Positions 1 to 9,255 of a stretch of 64,000 nt of DNA are shown piece by piece. The position numbers were made by a program, and so were the translations under genes. Origin of the DNA: an uncultured Candidatus Saccharibacteria bacterium (GTDB taxonomy: Bacteria > Patescibacteriota > Minisyncoccia > Phycocordibacterales > UBA918); assembly GCA_964350735.1 (NCBI GenBank), contig CAYGKO010000003.1, positions 52,452 through 116,451 of the forward strand, given 5' to 3'. The notes under the pieces are model-generated. The model was not told the DNA's origin. It made no database searches and saw only the letters and a program-made list of their open reading frames with translations. How positions within the stretch are numbered: the first letter of the stretch is position 1; each line of letters opens with the position of its first letter.

Positions 1-60
1 TAGAATATTGCTTAGTGGCCGCAAATATACCAGAAAGGGCTGAAAATAGCAACACCGTTC

Positions 61-204
61 GGGCTTACCGCCAATAAACACACAGCAAAGTCCCAGCGGA
101 CTTTGTGTTATGCTCGCTGCCAGATTCTGCCGATGCGCTCCGCGCCTAAAGAGTCGGCAGAAACCGGCTCTGTCAGCTCCGCAATGTTTACTGGCGGTAA
201 GCCC
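61..204. repeat. Multi-branched palindromic element (long terminal inverted repeat enclosing hairpins)
   Basis: 61-80 gggcttaccgccaataaaca pairs with 185-204 tgtttactggcggtaagccc (19/20). Inner stems are caaagtcc/ggactttg (86-105) and ttctgccga/tcggcagaa (125-162). Confidence 0.75.
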
Positions 205-307
205 TCACTTTAGTGGTGAAGTATAAAAATGAAGAGCCGGACGAACGCGTTGCGTTGCCGGCCCCAAATGGACTACTCGAGCCCTTTTGTTTTTATATAT
301 GTCGCGA

Positions 308-700
308 CTATTGCACGACTTGCTTAGTCAGAAGCTGGGTTGTTACAGCCTGTAGCGCGTCCGGGCAAGAAGTTCTCATCTCGCGAGCCTTCCTGGCTAG
401 CTCTGCGAGAAGTGGCCCCGAAAGCTCACCTTCAACAGGAATCTTTCCTTTGACAAGCAAAGAATCTGTCTGTCGATATGAACAATCTTCAAAGCGCATC
501 CCTACTTCAAACCTTATCGCTTCCACGATAAGTTCGTCAGCCGATGCACAAACCACTTCTGCAGCTATTTGCTCCAAGCTGACACACCGATAACAACCTT
601 CACACAAGTACTGTCTTGACATTAAACCCTCGTGTATTTTGTCGCGTTTTGTGGAACAAATTCGATCGGTAGCGACTTCACCGATCTTATAGCCACACAC
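308..700 (-). CDS. Hypothetical Cys-containing protein (start uncertain)
   Basis: 130-aa ORF with a GTG start 1 nt after the rnhB stop and a CEGC motif. No recognised family, and a competing ORF lies on the + strand. Confidence 0.35.
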   Translation of the reverse strand: MCGYKIGEVATDRICSTKRDKIHEGLMSRQYLCEGCYRCVSLEQIAAEVVCASADELIVEAIRFEVGMRFEDCSYRQTDSLLVKGKIPVEGELSGPLLAELARKAREMRTSCPDALQAVTTQLLTKQVVQ

Positions 701-701
701 T

Positions 702-1304
702 CTACAACACCTTTATATTTTTGCAATAGCTGCGGCGGTGTAGTGGTGAAAAACCGTGTTTGGCAATAGCTGCGCGGTGGGCTTTGGTGCCGTAACCTTT
801 GTGAATATGAAAATTATATGGCTTGTAAGCGGCAAGCTTAGACTGTCGCACCATGTAGCGGTCACGCGTCACTTTGGCCATCACTGACGCCAACCCAATC
901 ACGCGCTCCTTACTATCCCCTTTGATAATCGTCTCCTGATTAACAAACTCAACCGGCGCCTTCAGACCACCATCCAGCAATACCTTAGTACGATATATCG
1001 TACTATTAGTTGTGATTTTTTTGAGGGCGCGGCGCATCGCGAGCCTGATCGCTGCTGAAATCCCAATCCGGTCAATTACTTTGGCTGACACCATTGCTAC
1101 CGCGTACTCTAGCTTCCCGGCTTGCTGCAGCTCTTTCGCCCGGACAAACAACTCCTCCCGCTTCTGTTCGCTCAACTGCTTACTATCATTTACACCAGGA
1201 ATCAACTTCCAGTCAAAATTTACTGGGATTTTAAGTACCCCTACCGACACCGGACCAGCGAGAGGGCCTCGGCCGGCTTCATCAATACCAATGAGATATT
1301 TCAT
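702..1304 (-). CDS. rnhB: Ribonuclease HII
   Basis: Motifs IGIDEAGRGPLAGPV, DSKQL, LDG, KGD, ASVMAKVTRD, HKGYGT and HRRSY. Start moved to ATG 1304 (MKYLIG), which has TACAAT 6 nt upstream. Confidence 0.96.
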   Translation of the reverse strand: MKYLIGIDEAGRGPLAGPVSVGVLKIPVNFDWKLIPGVNDSKQLSEQKREELFVRAKELQQAGKLEYAVAMVSAKVIDRIGISAAIRLAMRRALKKITTNSTIYRTKVLLDGGLKAPVEFVNQETIIKGDSKERVIGLASVMAKVTRDRYMVRQSKLAAYKPYNFHIHKGYGTKAHRAAIAKHGFSPLHRRSYCKNIKVL

Positions 1305-1446
1305 AGTCTGATTGTACCCCACCTCACTACTTGTGTAGTGAGAAGCCGATGGCAGGTATTTTGGGTAAGACCGGCCGAGCGGCCTCGGAGCGCCCAAAAA
1401 TACGCACCATCGGCTTTGAACGGATTTTTGGTATACTACTCTCACT

Positions 1447-4400
1447 ATGTCTGACACGCCGAAACTGACTACTGACTTTGTGCATTTGCACGTGCATTCG
1501 CATTACTCCCTCCTTAATGCTGTTCCCACCCCAAAAGAGCTCGCTGCTACAGCCAAAGCCGACGGCCAAGACGCGCTGGCGATCACCGACGCTGGTGCGC
1601 TGTACGGAGCGATTGATTTCTATCAAGCCTGTCAAAAAGAAGGTATCAAGCCGATCATCGGCCTCGATGCTTTTATGGCACCCCGCACACGCCACGACCG
1701 CGACCCTATGGACAAGCCGCGGAGTCGCCTCGTCCTGCTGGCTAAAACCTTTAAAGGCTACCAAAACCTCATTATGTTGGTTACCCGTGCCAACACTGAA
1801 GGGTTTTACTATCGCCCCCGACTTGATCGTGAACTGCTCACCGAACTGCATGAAGACCTGATTTGTATCGTACCCTCTTTTGCTGGTGAACCAGCCCAAG
1901 CACTCAAGCACGGTGACACCGAAGCCGCCGGTGCTGCCCTTGATTTCTACAAACAACTCTTTAAAGACGATTGCTACCTCGAGATCAGCCACCACCCCGA
2001 GATGCTCGATCACCAAGAAAATCAAGAGCGCCTCAAGAAGCTGGCGGCGGACACCAACACTCCGCTCGTAGCGGCTCAAGATATTTATTACCTCACCAAA
2101 GACGACGCCATTGCTCGAGAAGCGATGATTAAGATCCAAAGTGGCGGCGTTGTAGACACCTCAGCCGAACGCTCCGAAGACTTCTCATTCACGACCCAGG
2201 AGCAAATGAAAGAACGGTTCGCCGATACACCAGAAGCACTTACCAATACGGTAAAAATCGCAGAGCAGTGTAACGTCGAGATTACCCTCGGCATGGAAGC
2301 GTGGAAGTTCCCGAATTACATCATTGAAAGTGGTAAAGAACCTGATGAAGAACTGCGAGATACTGCCTACGCCGGCGTGAAGTGGCGCGGACACGACATC
2401 AATGATGAGGTGGTAAAAAAGCGCCTCGACTATGAACTCGAGGTGATCAAAACTAAAGGCTACGCCAAGTATTTCTTGGTGGTAGGTGACTTGCTGCGTG
2501 AAGCTCGTGAGCGTGGCATCCTCACGACCATTCGAGGTTCGGTGGCTGGTTCGTACGCGACGTACGTGCTTGGAATTACCAACGTGGACCCCCTTGAATA
2601 CAAACTCCCTTTTGAACGATTCTTGAACCCGGAACGTCCATCAGCGCCTGATATCGATATGGACTTTGCCGATAACCGGCGTGACGAAATCATTGAGTAC
2701 GCCAAAAATAAATACGGTGAAGACAAAGTGGCTCAAATCGGCACCTTCGGAACCATGATGGCCCGCGCGGCCGTGCGTGACGTAGCGCGAGCACTCGGCC
2801 ACTCATACAGTACTGGAGACACGATCGCAAAACTCATCCCGATGGGTAGCCAAGGTTTTGCCATGACTATCGATCGAGCGCTTGAAATGGAACCTGATCT
2901 CAAAAAACTCTACAAAGCTGACAGCGAGTCGCGCGAAGTGATCGATCTCGCTAAGCGGATTGAAGGTCGGGTCCGGCACGTCGGTGTTCATGCGGCTGGT
3001 GTAGTAATAGCGCCAGAGCCACTCAATCAATACGTCCCCATCCAACTCGACTCCAAAACTGGCAAGTTCATCACTCAGTACGAAATGCATTCTGTTGGCG
3101 AAGATGGGGTTGGTCTCCTGAAGTTCGACTTTTTGGGTATTAAAAACCTCGCCATCTTAGCTGACGCGGTGAAGCGGGTGAAAGTTACGAGAAATGTTGA
3201 TGTCGATATTGAAAACATTCCGCTTGATGACGCCAAGACATTCAAGATGCTGGCTGAAGGTCAGACCATGGGACTCTTCCAGCTCAATGGCTCCGGGATG
3301 ACCTCGTTCTTAAAGCAGCTCCAACCAAGCAGCATTCACGACATCAATGCGATGGTGGCCTTGTATCGACCGGGACCAATGGAAATGATTCCAACGTATA
3401 TTGAGCGCAAACACAACCAATCCTTAATCACCTACCTTGACCCCCGCCTCGAGAAAATTCTCGATCGTTCCTACGGCGTGATCACCTACCAGGACGATGT
3501 GATGATGACCGCGATTGAACTCGCTGGCTATTCCTGGCTCGATGCCGACAAGCTGCGTAAAGCGATGGGAAAGAAAATTCCGGCAGTGATGGAAGCCGAA
3601 AAAGAAAAACTCATGCAAGGTTTCGCTGAGTACGGCAAACTCACTCCGGCACTGGCAGATAAACTCTGGAAGCTAATCGAGCCCTTTGCGGCGTACGGTT
3701 TTAATAAAGCCCACGCGGCGAGTTATGGCCGCGTCGCTTACCAAACCGCCTACATGAAGGCGAACTTCCCCGTCGAATATATGAGCGCGGTACTGACGGC
3801 AGACTCTGGTGACACCGAAAAAATCTCAGAAATTATTCACGAGTGTGACCGGATGGGTATCGAGGTATTACCCCCAGACGTCAACGAATCTTTCTCAGAC
3901 TTCACGGTGATTCCTGGTACCCAAACCATCCGCTTTGGACTCACGACGATTAAAAACTTCGGTTCTGGCATTGCTGACGCAATTATTGCTGAACGCAAAA
4001 AAGGTGGACCATTTGGTACACTGGCTGACTTCCTGACTCGTGTGCACGATAAAAATCTCAACAAGAAATCCCTCGAAGCGCTTGTCATGACTGGTGCGCT
4101 GAATAGCTTCGCTGAGCGTGGTCTGTTATACGCCAACATCGATACTATGCTTGCCTTCAACCGTGAACACGTCGCCGGCAAAGAGGCTGGTCAAGACTCG
4201 CTCTTTGGTGGTATGGAAACTACTATCAACGACCTTGTCCTTGAGAGCGCTCCTGAAGCCGACCAATCCCAAAAGCTCACTTGGGAACGAGAACTCTTGG
4301 GCGTGTATGTGTCAGGCCACCCGCTCGATGATCACCGCGAAGAATTGCAAAAAGGCGAACGGCGGATGATTGGCGACATTGTGAGTGCGGTCACAGATGG

Positions 4401-4719
4401 TCGTGAGATGGAGGTGGTGCAGATGAAGGGTAAGGTCGACACCGCTGGGATGATTGAAACCGTGAAAGAGCTTCTCACTAAAAAAGGCGATCGTATGGCC
4501 TTTGTCCAACTCTCCAATCACACCAGCACCATCGAAATGGTCGCCTTCCCCGAAGTCTTCCAAACCTACCGAGATCTCCTGGTGCCCGGTACCTGTGTGG
4601 CGCTCCGCGGCAAGCTCAATATTCGCAATGACGAACCAAGTATTCTCATTGATAAAATTAAAGTCCTGTCTCCAGCGCCAGAAACCAATTCAGTTGACGA
4701 ACCGCCAACAATTAGCTAG
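1447..4719 (+). CDS. dnaE: DNA polymerase III alpha subunit
   Basis: PHP domain (FVHLHVHSHYSLL, AITD), RGSVAGS, FERFLNPER, PDIDMDF, HAAGVVI, KFDFLG, YGFNKAHAASY and a C-terminal OB fold. Confidence 0.98.
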   Translation: MSDTPKLTTDFVHLHVHSHYSLLNAVPTPKELAATAKADGQDALAITDAGALYGAIDFYQACQKEGIKPIIGLDAFMAPRTRHDRDPMDKPRSRLVLLAKTFKGYQNLIMLVTRANTEGFYYRPRLDRELLTELHEDLICIVPSFAGEPAQALKHGDTEAAGAALDFYKQLFKDDCYLEISHHPEMLDHQENQERLKKLAADTNTPLVAAQDIYYLTKDDAIAREAMIKIQSGGVVDTSAERSEDFSFTTQEQMKERFADTPEALTNTVKIAEQCNVEITLGMEAWKFPNYIIESGKEPDEELRDTAYAGVKWRGHDINDEVVKKRLDYELEVIKTKGYAKYFLVVGDLLREARERGILTTIRGSVAGSYATYVLGITNVDPLEYKLPFERFLNPERPSAPDIDMDFADNRRDEIIEYAKNKYGEDKVAQIGTFGTMMARAAVRDVARALGHSYSTGDTIAKLIPMGSQGFAMTIDRALEMEPDLKKLYKADSESREVIDLAKRIEGRVRHVGVHAAGVVIAPEPLNQYVPIQLDSKTGKFITQYEMHSVGEDGVGLLKFDFLGIKNLAILADAVKRVKVTRNVDVDIENIPLDDAKTFKMLAEGQTMGLFQLNGSGMTSFLKQLQPSSIHDINAMVALYRPGPMEMIPTYIERKHNQSLITYLDPRLEKILDRSYGVITYQDDVMMTAIELAGYSWLDADKLRKAMGKKIPAVMEAEKEKLMQGFAEYGKLTPALADKLWKLIEPFAAYGFNKAHAASYGRVAYQTAYMKANFPVEYMSAVLTADSGDTEKISEIIHECDRMGIEVLPPDVNESFSDFTVIPGTQTIRFGLTTIKNFGSGIADAIIAERKKGGPFGTLADFLTRVHDKNLNKKSLEALVMTGALNSFAERGLLYANIDTMLAFNREHVAGKEAGQDSLFGGMETTINDLVLESAPEADQSQKLTWERELLGVYVSGHPLDDHREELQKGERRMIGDIVSAVTDGREMEVVQMKGKVDTAGMIETVKELLTKKGDRMAFVQLSNHTSTIEMVAFPEVFQTYRDLLVPGTCVALRGKLNIRNDEPSILIDKIKVLSPAPETNSVDEPPTIS

Positions 4720-4742
4720 TTTAGCTGACAGGAGGTGACACC

Positions 4743-4868
4743 ATGTACGACTTGCTTGGGATAATACCAATAATTGATTGGAGGCTCGCTCTGTTCCATT
4801 TCTGGACATGGTTTGATTCACTTCCGTCCGACCCCGTTGATGCGGGCTCTTGCCGTGGAATTCGGTAA
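4743..4868 (+). CDS. Putative 41-aa hydrophobic/aromatic small protein (not in the ORF track)
   Basis: GGAGGTG SD just upstream of ATG 4743. Translation is MYDLLGIIPIIDWRLALFHFWTWFDSLPSDPVDAGSCRGIR. A short hairpin and T-run follow. Confidence 0.45.
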   Translation: MYDLLGIIPIIDWRLALFHFWTWFDSLPSDPVDAGSCRGIR

Positions 4869-4990
4869 GAGCCTCATCGGCTTTTTTTAGACAAAGTAGA
4901 CCAGCATTGTTGTATTCAATAATTTATTTTGAATTTGTTTCTAAACAAGATATTCTATACGTGCAAGTACGCAACCTTACGGAGGACGAT

Positions 4991-5302
4991 ATGCGACTTA
5001 AAGTCAGTTTTGCTTCAAATGTACCAGACGTGAAAGTCTGCTGGTACTTAATCCAAATCTGCGACGATGAGGGTGAGCTCTGCAACATCAAGGAGGGAGA
5101 TGAAGAGAAGCTTCGTGTGCTCATCCCCGGCATCGGGGAGATGTGTCGTAAAGTTCTTGGCGATGACTTCGTCAAACTCGACGATACCACCGACGACACG
5201 TCAGACATCGGTCTATGTGTCAAAGTGGGCACCTCACGTGGAAACAATAGATTTTCCTTTCGATCTCTACTCGGCTGGATCGAATTGCACGACCTCACCT
5301 GA
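4991..5302 (+). CDS. Hypothetical protein (~103 aa)
   Basis: GGAGG at 4981-4985 before ATG 4991 within ORF 4850-5302, with an intrinsic terminator directly downstream. Confidence 0.6.
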   Translation: MRLKVSFASNVPDVKVCWYLIQICDDEGELCNIKEGDEEKLRVLIPGIGEMCRKVLGDDFVKLDDTTDDTSDIGLCVKVGTSRGNNRFSFRSLLGWIELHDLT

Positions 5303-5309
5303 AGCTTGC

Positions 5310-5340
5310 TGCGCCCCGACATTCGGGGCGCACTTTTTTT
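5310..5340 (+). terminator. Rho-independent terminator
   Basis: gcgccccga-cat-tcggggcgc followed by a T-run. Confidence 0.8.
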
Positions 5341-5366
5341 GACAAAACAGAATCTAGGTGTAAGAT
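5339..5366 (+). promoter_or_regulatory. Sigma70-type promoter of the thrS leader
   Basis: TTGACA (5339-5344), 16-nt spacer, TAAGAT (5361-5366), directly before the T-box. Confidence 0.65.
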
Positions 5367-5371
5367 TTTAT

Positions 5372-5547
5372 GTATCAGAGATTGCCTCGGCTACCAACCG
5401 AGGGCCGCACCGGTGCGCAAGCCTAATCTGAACCAATGAAGTGCTCTTCTGCATACAGAAGAGAAGCCCGGTGGAACCGCGATTACATTTGATCGTCCGA
5501 GCAAACATGCGACCCTGTCGTATGATTGCTCGGGCGTTTTATTATTT
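5372..5547 (+). ncRNA. T-box riboswitch (Thr) upstream of thrS
   Basis: T-box GGTGGAACCGCG (5470-5481) with partner CGTCCG. Stem III is ctcttctg-cata-cagaagag. The terminator is cgtccgagcaa...ttgctcgggcg-tttt. AGAGA lies near 5377 and a candidate ACC specifier at 5432-5434. Confidence 0.85.
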
Positions 5548-5558
5548 AACCTCTCAAA

Positions 5559-5723
5559 ACTTCCGGTGCCTGCCTCAGCGGCTTCGCCTACAGAAGTCGG
5601 CTGCAGATGCTTCGGCACACACCGGAAGTCTCTGGATCTTAAAATTTTAAGCACTGTAGTGAAACATCTGCAGCGCGACAGCGCGAAGCCGTTGAATCTC
5701 AGTGCTTAAGATTTTAAGATCCA
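5559..5723. repeat. Tandem hairpins with mutually complementary loops
   Basis: Stem A is 5559-5568/5620-5629 and stem B is 5633-5656/5700-5723 (23/24). Loop segments 5579-5587/5683-5691 and 5600-5609/5665-5674 are reverse complements. Confidence 0.8.
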
Positions 5724-5738
5724 ACAAACCCCATAATT

Positions 5739-7508
5739 ATGAACACAAACCTAGAACACAAACGACACACCCTCGCTCACTTACTCGCTGCTGCGACCTT
5801 GGTCGAGTATCCTCATGCGAAACTCACCCTGGGGCCAGCCATCGACAACGGCTTCTACTACGACATCGACTTTTCTGCTGGTGAAGCGCCAGGTGACGGC
5901 GATCTAAAAAAGATCCAGAAACACATGAAGAAAATGCTCGGACAATGGACTAGTTTTGAACACAAGGAAGTCTCCGCTGATGAAGCTCGGGCTGTATTTG
6001 CAGACAATCAATTCAAGCTTGAACTTGTTAATGAAATTACCGAGAAAGGTGAAACTATCACTCTTTATACCGCCGGCGCTGGCACTAAAGCTGAGTTTAC
6101 TGATCTGTGCCGTGGTGGACACTCTGAGAATCCAGCTGAGGAAATAGCTACTGATGCCTTCAAGCTCGACAAAGTTGCCGGCGCCTACTGGCGCGGGAGC
6201 GAGGAGAACCCGATGCTGACCCGTATCTATGGCCTCGCCTTCGACACCAAAGAAGAGCTCGAGGTGTATGAAACGCAACTGGCCGAAGCCAAGAAGCGCG
6301 ATCATCGCAAGCTTGGTAAAGAGCTTGGTTTGTTTACGTTCTCAGAATTAGTGGGACCAGGTCTCCCGCTATGGACTCCCAAAGGCACCACCATGCGTCG
6401 TCTCATTGATGAATTTGTCACTGGTTTGCGCCGAGAGAAAGGCTATGAAGTAGTAACCATTCCCCACATCGCCAAAAAATCACTCTATGAAACGAGCGGT
6501 CACTGGAATAAATACAGTGAGGACTTATTTAAAGTCCGGGCTAAAGAAGATGACGATGCTGAAGAGTACGTACTTAAGCCAATGAACTGTCCGCATCATA
6601 CTCAAATTTTTGATGCTGAGCCGCGGTCATATCGCGATCTGCCCCAGCGCTACGCTGAAACCACTATGGTGTACCGGGCCGAGCAATCAGGTGAGCTCGC
6701 TGGATTGACCCGCGTCCTGTCTATTACGCAAGATGACGCGCACGTATTTTGTCGAGAATCACAACTGCGTGATGAGATCGAATCAATCTGGGACATCGTC
6801 AATGATTTCTACGGTGCCTTTGGTTTTGAACTCAAGGTTAGACTATCCTTCCACGATCCAGAACAAAAAGATAAATACCTCGGTGACAGCAGTATTTGGG
6901 AATCAACTGAAGGTCTTATGAAAGCAATCGCCGAGGATCGAAAAGCTGAATATTTCATCGGTATTGGCGAAGCTGCCTTTTATGCTCCCAAGCTCGATTT
7001 TATGGCGCTGGACTCGATTGGGCGCACCCATCAAGTTGCCACCATTCAACTTGACCGACTGATGCCAGAACGGTTCGGCCTTACGTGCACTAATGAACAG
7101 GGCGAGAAAGAAGGGATTGTAATGATCCACGCAGCGATTGCTGGTTCTCTGGAGCGCTTCTCAGCCGTCTTGATTGAACACCTTGGTGGCCACTTCCCGC
7201 TCTGGCTCTCGCCCGTGCAGGTCGCGGTGGTACCAGTAGCGGAGGCTCACAATGAGTTTGCTGCCGATGTGAATCGCCAACTTAAAGCGGCTGGTATCCG
7301 AACTGACTTTGACGACAGCAAAGAATCAATGGGTAAGAAAATCCGCAATGCCAAAAACGCCAAGCTCCCCTACTTCCTCGTAATCGGTGACAAAGAAGTG
7401 GAGCGCGGTGGAGTAACCCTCGAAGCACGTGATGGCAACTCCGTAGAACTCACCATTGAAGACATGATGAGTCGTCTACAAGAAGAAATTGAAACTAAGA
7501 AGCTGTAG
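5739..7508 (+). CDS. thrS: Threonine--tRNA ligase (no N-terminal TGS domain)
   Basis: Motifs RHTLAHLL, GFYYD, DLCRGGH, GAYWRG, RDHRKLG, KPMNCPHH, QDDAH, FYAPKLD, GSLERF and an anticodon-binding domain. Confidence 0.98.
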   Translation: MNTNLEHKRHTLAHLLAAATLVEYPHAKLTLGPAIDNGFYYDIDFSAGEAPGDGDLKKIQKHMKKMLGQWTSFEHKEVSADEARAVFADNQFKLELVNEITEKGETITLYTAGAGTKAEFTDLCRGGHSENPAEEIATDAFKLDKVAGAYWRGSEENPMLTRIYGLAFDTKEELEVYETQLAEAKKRDHRKLGKELGLFTFSELVGPGLPLWTPKGTTMRRLIDEFVTGLRREKGYEVVTIPHIAKKSLYETSGHWNKYSEDLFKVRAKEDDDAEEYVLKPMNCPHHTQIFDAEPRSYRDLPQRYAETTMVYRAEQSGELAGLTRVLSITQDDAHVFCRESQLRDEIESIWDIVNDFYGAFGFELKVRLSFHDPEQKDKYLGDSSIWESTEGLMKAIAEDRKAEYFIGIGEAAFYAPKLDFMALDSIGRTHQVATIQLDRLMPERFGLTCTNEQGEKEGIVMIHAAIAGSLERFSAVLIEHLGGHFPLWLSPVQVAVVPVAEAHNEFAADVNRQLKAAGIRTDFDDSKESMGKKIRNAKNAKLPYFLVIGDKEVERGGVTLEARDGNSVELTIEDMMSRLQEEIETKKL

Positions 7509-7530
7509 CAATTATGTTATTATTTTCTAT

Positions 7531-8436
7531 ATGAAACATACACATTTAGCGATCCTAGGTATCCTACTCGCCAGTATCGTTATTGGACTCAGTTATTGCA
7601 CTCAATACTACAAAAGTTCTGCCTCTAATCTGTCGCAAGAGGTTAACACTCTAGAAAAACGTAATATCGTACTAACCTCTGAGCTTGATACGGCGGTGAC
7701 CTTGAACACTAAATTACAAAACAAACTTGATTTAATGACCACAAACGATAGTGCTAATCGTAAATTCTATGAACTGACCGACGGATCGGAAAGATTTGGA
7801 TCTTCATTCGACATTTACACATTCAAAACTGCTGACCACATAGGTACTGTCGAGCACATATGTGAAAACCCCGAAGCGATCATTGAAAAAAATAGTAACA
7901 AATATTGTCAAGCTGATAGCTTTTTCTTACTTAATGTAGATGAGAAAATGAGCATTATCGACTCCTTTACATACACTGAACAAGGGGACGAGATCGGGCT
8001 ATCAATACCCACGTTTAACGAAGGGACAGAGCTGATTGCCACTAGCACCGATCGGTCTTCAGGAAAATTATTGGTAAGTACAAACCCACACTACTGTCTT
8101 TGGGAAGATGGCATGTGTTTCAGCCCTAATACGTTATCCTATATAATAGATATACCAGATGGAAATATAATAAAAGTTCAATTTCAAACTGAACTCTACT
8201 CTCAAGCTCGTTTACACTGGAATGAAGCTGGGACTAAAGCATTTTATCCAATTAGTTGTCCGGCAGGTTGTCCGACGTACTTATTATATGCCTTAGATAT
8301 CAACAAAAATCGAGGTGAAGCACTCATAGATAGAGAAGATTTTGGTGATATATTCTATAAAACGGCCACTTGGATAGACAATGACACAATTGAAGTCATA
8401 AACGACTCAGGTGAGTCGACCGAACTATCGTTCTAA
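7531..8436 (+). CDS. Hypothetical membrane-anchored/secreted protein
   Basis: N-terminal hydrophobic helix (LAILGILLASIVIGL), short coiled coil and Cys pairs. Start set at ATG 7531. AT-richer by eye than its neighbours. Confidence 0.75.
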   Translation: MKHTHLAILGILLASIVIGLSYCTQYYKSSASNLSQEVNTLEKRNIVLTSELDTAVTLNTKLQNKLDLMTTNDSANRKFYELTDGSERFGSSFDIYTFKTADHIGTVEHICENPEAIIEKNSNKYCQADSFFLLNVDEKMSIIDSFTYTEQGDEIGLSIPTFNEGTELIATSTDRSSGKLLVSTNPHYCLWEDGMCFSPNTLSYIIDIPDGNIIKVQFQTELYSQARLHWNEAGTKAFYPISCPAGCPTYLLYALDINKNRGEALIDREDFGDIFYKTATWIDNDTIEVINDSGESTELSF

Positions 8437-8439
8437 CGA

Positions 8440-8477
8440 CACAAAAAAGCCCTGGCATTTGCCAGGGCTTTTTTGTG
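8440..8477. terminator. Bidirectional terminator
   Basis: cacaaaaaagccctggc-attt-gccagggcttttttgtg between convergent genes. Confidence 0.9.
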
Positions 8478-8493
8478 CTGCAGGGAGACAGCT

Positions 8494-9255
8494 TTATGCC
8501 AGCGCTTTAATCGCTTTCATAATCGCTACCTTCACAGCCGCTTCTTCTGATGGATAGGTACCATCGATCGTTTGGGTTAGAGCCTCAATCGCAGCTTGTA
8601 CTTTACCGTGTGGAGTTTGATCAGCTACTTCTTTCAACATGTCTGAAAGAATGACTGATTCTCCATTTTGATGTCGGTACAACGCATCAAAGTCGGCTGA
8701 AGCACCAGCGAGGGCAATCATTGGACGCTGTCCAATAAGTTGATACGCTGCTACCACATTTCCTTCAATGATCGCTTCAGCGAGTGAGTTAGTTACTGGA
8801 GCCAGTTCAAACTCAGACCGCACAGCCTCTTTCTTAGCTTCAGAAACTACAATTGTTTCTTCGACTACAAGTGGTTGTGCCTTGAGCTCTTCTCGCTTTG
8901 CTGTCAGCTCTTCCATTCGATCACAGTTGAGGACTACCCAACCGTCTTCAGTTGGATAGGTCACCTTAGCTTCAGTAATCACCTTTTCCAAGAATGTCCG
9001 TCGGTTTAGATCCTTATGACATACATTAATGAAGTGCTGCATCGCATCACCTGAGATAAGCACTCGGTGTGTATGTGCTAAGTTTTCAAGTTCTTGCATT
9101 TCCTGACTTAATTCAGTCACTTCAGGATCAACTAATTCTGGCACTTCAGTAGCTACTACCGCTGCGTAGCCAACAGCTGGATTACCCGTTGGTAAGTTAC
9201 TCGGTGCAACCGCAGATGCGATTGTATTAGTAACAGTTTCCACTGTTTCTACCAC
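8494..9255 (-). CDS. Hypothetical helical protein, possibly the frameshifted C-terminal domain of the upstream surface protein
   Basis: 253-aa ORF with a GTG start and no clear SD. Its frame is open from just upstream of the A9 run at 9297-9305. Confidence 0.75.
   Translation of the reverse strand: MVETVETVTNTIASAVAPSNLPTGNPAVGYAAVVATEVPELVDPEVTELSQEMQELENLAHTHRVLISGDAMQHFINVCHKDLNRRTFLEKVITEAKVTYPTEDGWVVLNCDRMEELTAKREELKAQPLVVEETIVVSEAKKEAVRSEFELAPVTNSLAEAIIEGNVVAAYQLIGQRPMIALAGASADFDALYRHQNGESVILSDMLKEVADQTPHGKVQAAIEALTQTIDGTYPSEEAAVKVAIMKAIKALA

Noticed and set aside
213-593. 126-aa + strand ORF
   Set aside because: It overlaps the minus-strand ORF 308-700, has Ser-rich shadow-like composition, and has no SD or motif.
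1305-1457. N-terminal extensions in the ORF track for rnhB (also rpsB, prfA, gatB, 9249-11960, 7489-8436)
   Set aside because: Family motifs or signal peptides begin at later ATGs, and the extensions overlap promoters or neighbouring genes.
1327-2139. 270-aa antisense ORF over dnaE, and the many similar shadow ORFs in the track
   Set aside because: They lie opposite well-supported genes and have no motifs, as expected from codon bias.
5391-5654. ORFs 5391-5654, 5441-5650 and 5702-5884 (two begin MLKILRS)
   Set aside because: They are by-products of the inverted repeat and T-box leader, not plausible genes.
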